Source: Nemertoderma westbladi (Eukaryota; Animalia; Xenacoelomorpha). Taken from it: a stretch of DNA of 49,444 bases. A model generated the notes under the pieces. It worked only from the letters and a program-made list of their open reading frames with translations, made no database searches and was not told the origin of the DNA. The DNA lies in assembly GCA_032718475.1 (NCBI GenBank), contig JAUCBJ010002553.1, positions 1 to 49,444 of the forward strand, in the 5' to 3' direction. Below, piece by piece: positions 45,953-49,444 of the stretch; within the stretch, counting starts at the first letter, position 1; the number at the start of each line of letters is the position of its first letter. Made by a program: the position numbers and the translations under genes.

Positions 45953-48900
45953 ATGTCTGACACTCAGCAAAACCTGTCAGACAGTCTGATTGATACAACT
46001 ATCTGTGACTCAGATAGGAGTGTGGAGCGATTAAGAAAGGAGTTCGGCTCACCTCCTACTGCAAAAAAGGTCATCCCTCCAGTAGTATCAGACCCTAGGC
46101 TAGTCCACCATAGGTCCATCATAGGCACTCGGGCACAGGTCAAACGGAACCAAGAGGCAGCTGTCCTATCGCAGCAACATCTTGGTCAAGAACCTACTTC
46201 CCGGCGACCCGATAGCTCCAGCAGTTCGGATACTGTAGAGCTGACCCCCGAACGCGGAGTGCAGATGGCTGCTACAGTCTACTCGGACCCCCTTCTTACC
46301 CTTCCTGCTGCAGTGCTAACTACTATATTCATTGCGGTGGAAGAACATCAAGCCGACTGGGCGAGGAATAAGCGAGCGACCCAAGATAATTACGCGGGAT
46401 ACGCCAGGGAAGAATTGATGTCTGTTGTCGAGTCACAATGGAACTTTCCCGGACTCGGACTCCCGTTGGATCTGTCCGAGGCTACTTGGGAAGATATACA
46501 CAGGATGGGAGTGACCAAAGATACAACGGATCCAGCTGTTTGGAAGAGGTCGGCAGCAGGATATGTGCAGGGATTCTTCGGCTCCTTGGAGCGATTGGAA
46601 GAACAACTGTTTCGACAACTTCAAGGACTTCAAGAGCAGAAAGAGCTGCTATACCAAGTACGCGAAAGAACCCTACGCATTCGACTAATCCTCTCAGCCT
46701 TTGAGGAAACTTCCAAAAGAAGACAGGACACGTCGCTGCAGGTTGCTGTCAAAACTTGGCTACATCGGGTAGATCTCAAAGTACAGGAAACGGCCCAGTG
46801 GAAATCCCAGCTGGCAGAGAGATCAACCTATGAAGAACCAACTGATGTCACCCTTTCTCAAGCGGAAAGCGAAGAGGCCGCCGAGAAACCGCGAACTAGA
46901 GACGCTATCGACATTTATTTGTCCGACTATCAGCGATTCCTAGGAGACGAAGAGTTGAGGAGACGGCTGTCTGGACTTTCCCCTAATAGTGAAGGAACCA
47001 AGCTTGTATTGGACTCAATCAATGCCGAAATGTTAGCTGCAAACCAAGCTGAATGTGATGAAAAACTCCGTCTCACTAGAGTCCGAGAAGAACAAATAAA
47101 GAAAAGAAGGATAGAGGAACAAAAGGCGGCGGCTATGGCAGATGCAGAAGCAGAAAGAAAAGCAGCAAAGGCGGCGGCTATGGCAGATGCAGAAGCAGAA
47201 AGAAAAGCAGCAAAGGCGGCGGCTATGGCAGATGCAGAAGCAGAAAGAAAGGCAGCGGCGGCAGATGCAGAAGCAGAAAGAAAAGCAGCAAAGGCAGTGG
47301 CAGAAGCAGAAAGGAGAGCATCTGAGCAGACTACCCAACTGGAGTTGGAAAATCTGCAAGAGACACAAGACAGTATAAATAAACAGTTTACTGCTAATCA
47401 AATGCAGATGATGAGAAAATCTACTCCCAAGCGCCAGGGATACACATCCTCGGAGGAAGGCGAGACCACCGATCCTGAAGGCGGAGGAAATAGATCTCAT
47501 CTAAGTAGGCGTAGAAAAACATATTACCGTCGCAAATTGCCTGATTTGCCCCCAGCTGTTAAAAGACAGCTAACTAGCACAGACTTAGGTAGTGCAGAAC
47601 CCATAGAACAATTTATCCAGGTCAAAAGACTCCCTACTATAGTCGATGAACCTGAAATAATTAGGCCTGTTGTTCCCAAAGTCACTTCTGTGCTAGAGAC
47701 CCCTACACTTCCAGAGCTTAACTCTAAATTCCCTTTACATAGTACTACACTGCCTGTACCCGGTGGAACAGTCCAAGAGAATACCCCTGTCCAGATAGCA
47801 GAGAGAGAAATCAATAATTTGTCTCCCGTCGTCCCGCGTCAGCCCGCTACTATGTTGGCGACTCCCGCTTCGGCGGTTGAGTGGGTGGAAGAGGGACGGC
47901 GGGGGATGAATCTCCTGCTGGGACAGATGCAGGAGACTGTCCACCAACTTAAGGGAACAGTGAGGGAAGGTAGAGCAGAGTTGCAAGAAGTGCAGCAAAG
48001 TATCGCACTAGAACGCGACAAATTAGTCAATATCCAAAAGGGCATACCAATACCCCCTGTAACATTGTGTCAACCTGTTAGGTCTGAAGTATTACATGCG
48101 CAAGGTGTGGAGCCTACACGCATCTATACTGCTAGTGAAGTTGAAACTCCTATAACAAACCCTATTAAGGGTGATTATAGACCTGTTATTAATGATATTC
48201 CCTATAGACCTGATAATGATCCGAGAAATTTATATACCGATAATTCGATATTAAATAACACGATGGCCCAAGAAAGCTTTACGCGTCAGATGGCTAGAAC
48301 AGAAGCCCGCCAAGCGGTCAAAGTGGGAGAGATCGTCAAATTCAATGGAGACGAAATGAAATGGTTACCTTTCAACGAATATTACAAAGATAGCATACAG
48401 AACTCTGTACTATCTAACGGAGAGAAACTTAGATTCCTCATCAAGTGTTTGGAAGGACCTCCCAAGTTAATGGCGTTAAAGTTTATTGGACATCCAGAAG
48501 GATTAAGACAAGTTTGGGATACATTAAACATCAGGTATGGTAATAAGGATAACATAGCTAAGTATTTGTATGCAAAATTAGTAGCCCCCCGACACTTCCT
48601 TAGTAGTGGGATTATAGAGTTTTCCGATGAAATTCAAGAGATCTGTAGACAACTGGACTGGTTAGGTAAGTCGCACGAATACCAGAGTTCCATGGTTATT
48701 AGAGCCGTAGTCTCTACTTTACCAAAGGGTGGAGTATGTACACGCTGGGACAAGAAAGTGTTGTACATGAATGAACAACAACGACGAAGTCCTACCATGG
48801 CTGATCTCATGTCTTTCTTAGATGGTGAAGTCAAACTACAACTCATCAAGCAGTCCAGAGAGAAAACATCGGAAAATAAGGTAAGTGAGAAACCCACTTC

Positions 48901-49444
48901 TAGGAGAAGAGTAACACCGGTGTGTTACACTGACGACGGCGAAAGCCAAGCTTCCCAAGAAGAGGACAGCGGGAAAGATACAGACCGATCGTATTATGTT
49001 GACAAAACCTCCAAGGACGTAAGTAAATACAAAGCTCGAACCAATAATAGGAGAGAACAAGTTACTAAGACCCCTCCTCAGTCTCCTAGCAGAATGCGCG
49101 GAAGAAAGCCCGAAGAAAGAACGAGAGTGCATCAGACTACCCAAGGTAAAGTAAGTAACATAAAACCTAACTGTGCGCTGTGCGACGGGACCCACCGTTT
49201 GAGTGCGTGTGCGGAATTTCTAAAGAAATCCCTTGTAGACAGACGTACAGTTGTGTGGGACAAGCGGTTATGCTATAATTGCCTCAGACCAGGACACCAA
49301 CGGCGAACCTGTTACTCCGACATAAAGTGTGAAAAGTGTGGTGCGAAACATCACATCTTGTTACATAGTGAGTTCGAACGAGATAAACAGAGTCAGGTAA
49401 GTGAGCCCGAACTACATGTCCAATTTAGTGACGTAAATGACACG
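45953..49444 (+). CDS. BEL/Pao Gag(-Pol) polyprotein, N-terminal >1160 aa (no stop in window, so absent from the ORF track)
   Basis: ATG 45953 is in the same frame as FNGDEMKWLPF..LSNGEKLRFLIKCLEG (DUF1759-like, 48341) and the triple knuckle CALCDGTHRLSAC / CYNCLRPGHQRRTC / CEKCGAKHHILLH (49172-49367); about half of the frame was read by hand without stops. Confidence 0.9.
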   Translation, partial: MSDTQQNLSDSLIDTTICDSDRSVERLRKEFGSPPTAKKVIPPVVSDPRLVHHRSIIGTRAQVKRNQEAAVLSQQHLGQEPTSRRPDSSSSSDTVELTPERGVQMAATVYSDPLLTLPAAVLTTIFIAVEEHQADWARNKRATQDNYAGYAREELMSVVESQWNFPGLGLPLDLSEATWEDIHRMGVTKDTTDPAVWKRSAAGYVQGFFGSLERLEEQLFRQLQGLQEQKELLYQVRERTLRIRLILSAFEETSKRRQDTSLQVAVKTWLHRVDLKVQETAQWKSQLAERSTYEEPTDVTLSQAESEEAAEKPRTRDAIDIYLSDYQRFLGDEELRRRLSGLSPNSEGTKLVLDSINAEMLAANQAECDEKLRLTRVREEQIKKRRIEEQKAAAMADAEAERKAAKAAAMADAEAERKAAKAAAMADAEAERKAAAADAEAERKAAKAVAEAERRASEQTTQLELENLQETQDSINKQFTANQMQMMRKSTPKRQGYTSSEEGETTDPEGGGNRSHLSRRRKTYYRRKLPDLPPAVKRQLTSTDLGSAEPIEQFIQVKRLPTIVDEPEIIRPVVPKVTSVLETPTLPELNSKFPLHSTTLPVPGGTVQENTPVQIAEREINNLSPVVPRQPATMLATPASAVEWVEEGRRGMNLLLGQMQETVHQLKGTVREGRAELQEVQQSIALERDKLVNIQKGIPIPPVTLCQPVRSEVLHAQGVEPTRIYTASEVETPITNPIKGDYRPVINDIPYRPDNDPRNLYTDNSILNNTMAQESFTRQMARTEARQAVKVGEIVKFNGDEMKWLPFNEYYKDSIQNSVLSNGEKLRFLIKCLEGPPKLMALKFIGHPEGLRQVWDTLNIRYGNKDNIAKYLYAKLVAPRHFLSSGIIEFSDEIQEICRQLDWLGKSHEYQSSMVIRAVVSTLPKGGVCTRWDKKVLYMNEQQRRSPTMADLMSFLDGEVKLQLIKQSREKTSENKVSEKPTSRRRVTPVCYTDDGESQASQEEDSGKDTDRSYYVDKTSKDVSKYKARTNNRREQVTKTPPQSPSRMRGRKPEERTRVHQTTQGKVSNIKPNCALCDGTHRLSACAEFLKKSLVDRRTVVWDKRLCYNCLRPGHQRRTCYSDIKCEKCGAKHHILLHSEFERDKQSQVSEPELHVQFSDVNDT

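Larger units (their letters stand above)
42566..49444 (+). mobile_element. BEL/Pao LTR retrotransposon, 5' part (runs off the right edge)
   Basis: Begins TGTAAAAG exactly where the Helentron-like homology breaks; BEL Gag lies downstream; LTR end and PBS not resolved. Confidence 0.8.

Overview
Repeat-rich, gene-sparse animal genomic DNA (probably a bilaterian invertebrate; not prokaryotic, no CRISPR). Host genes: two spliced exons of a PGAP2/Frag1-family gene (minus strand, runs off the left edge), an intronless arfaptin, an intronless 4.8-kb NUP188 carrying two coding tandem repeats, and an intronless C2H2 zinc-finger array gene whose 3' fingers are decaying. Mobile DNA: an apparently intact CR1 LINE whose ORF2 lacks an early ATG and overlaps ORF1 at two -1 slippery heptamers; the 5' part of a BEL/Pao LTR retrotransposon with a >1160-codon Gag frame missing from the ORF track; RTE-X and L2/Crack relics; a tRNA-derived SINE; several non-autonomous DNA transposons with clear TIRs/TSDs; and six copies of a 1.6-kb Helentron-like element that always sits at a TGT site, one nested in another. 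Most notable signals: intronless copies of normally intron-rich genes beside an intron-bearing gene; strong enrichment of TA-N(2-4)-TA words near gene 5' ends that look like transposon excision footprints; and five co-oriented CTCF-like motifs. Homology calls are from recognised motifs, not database searches.
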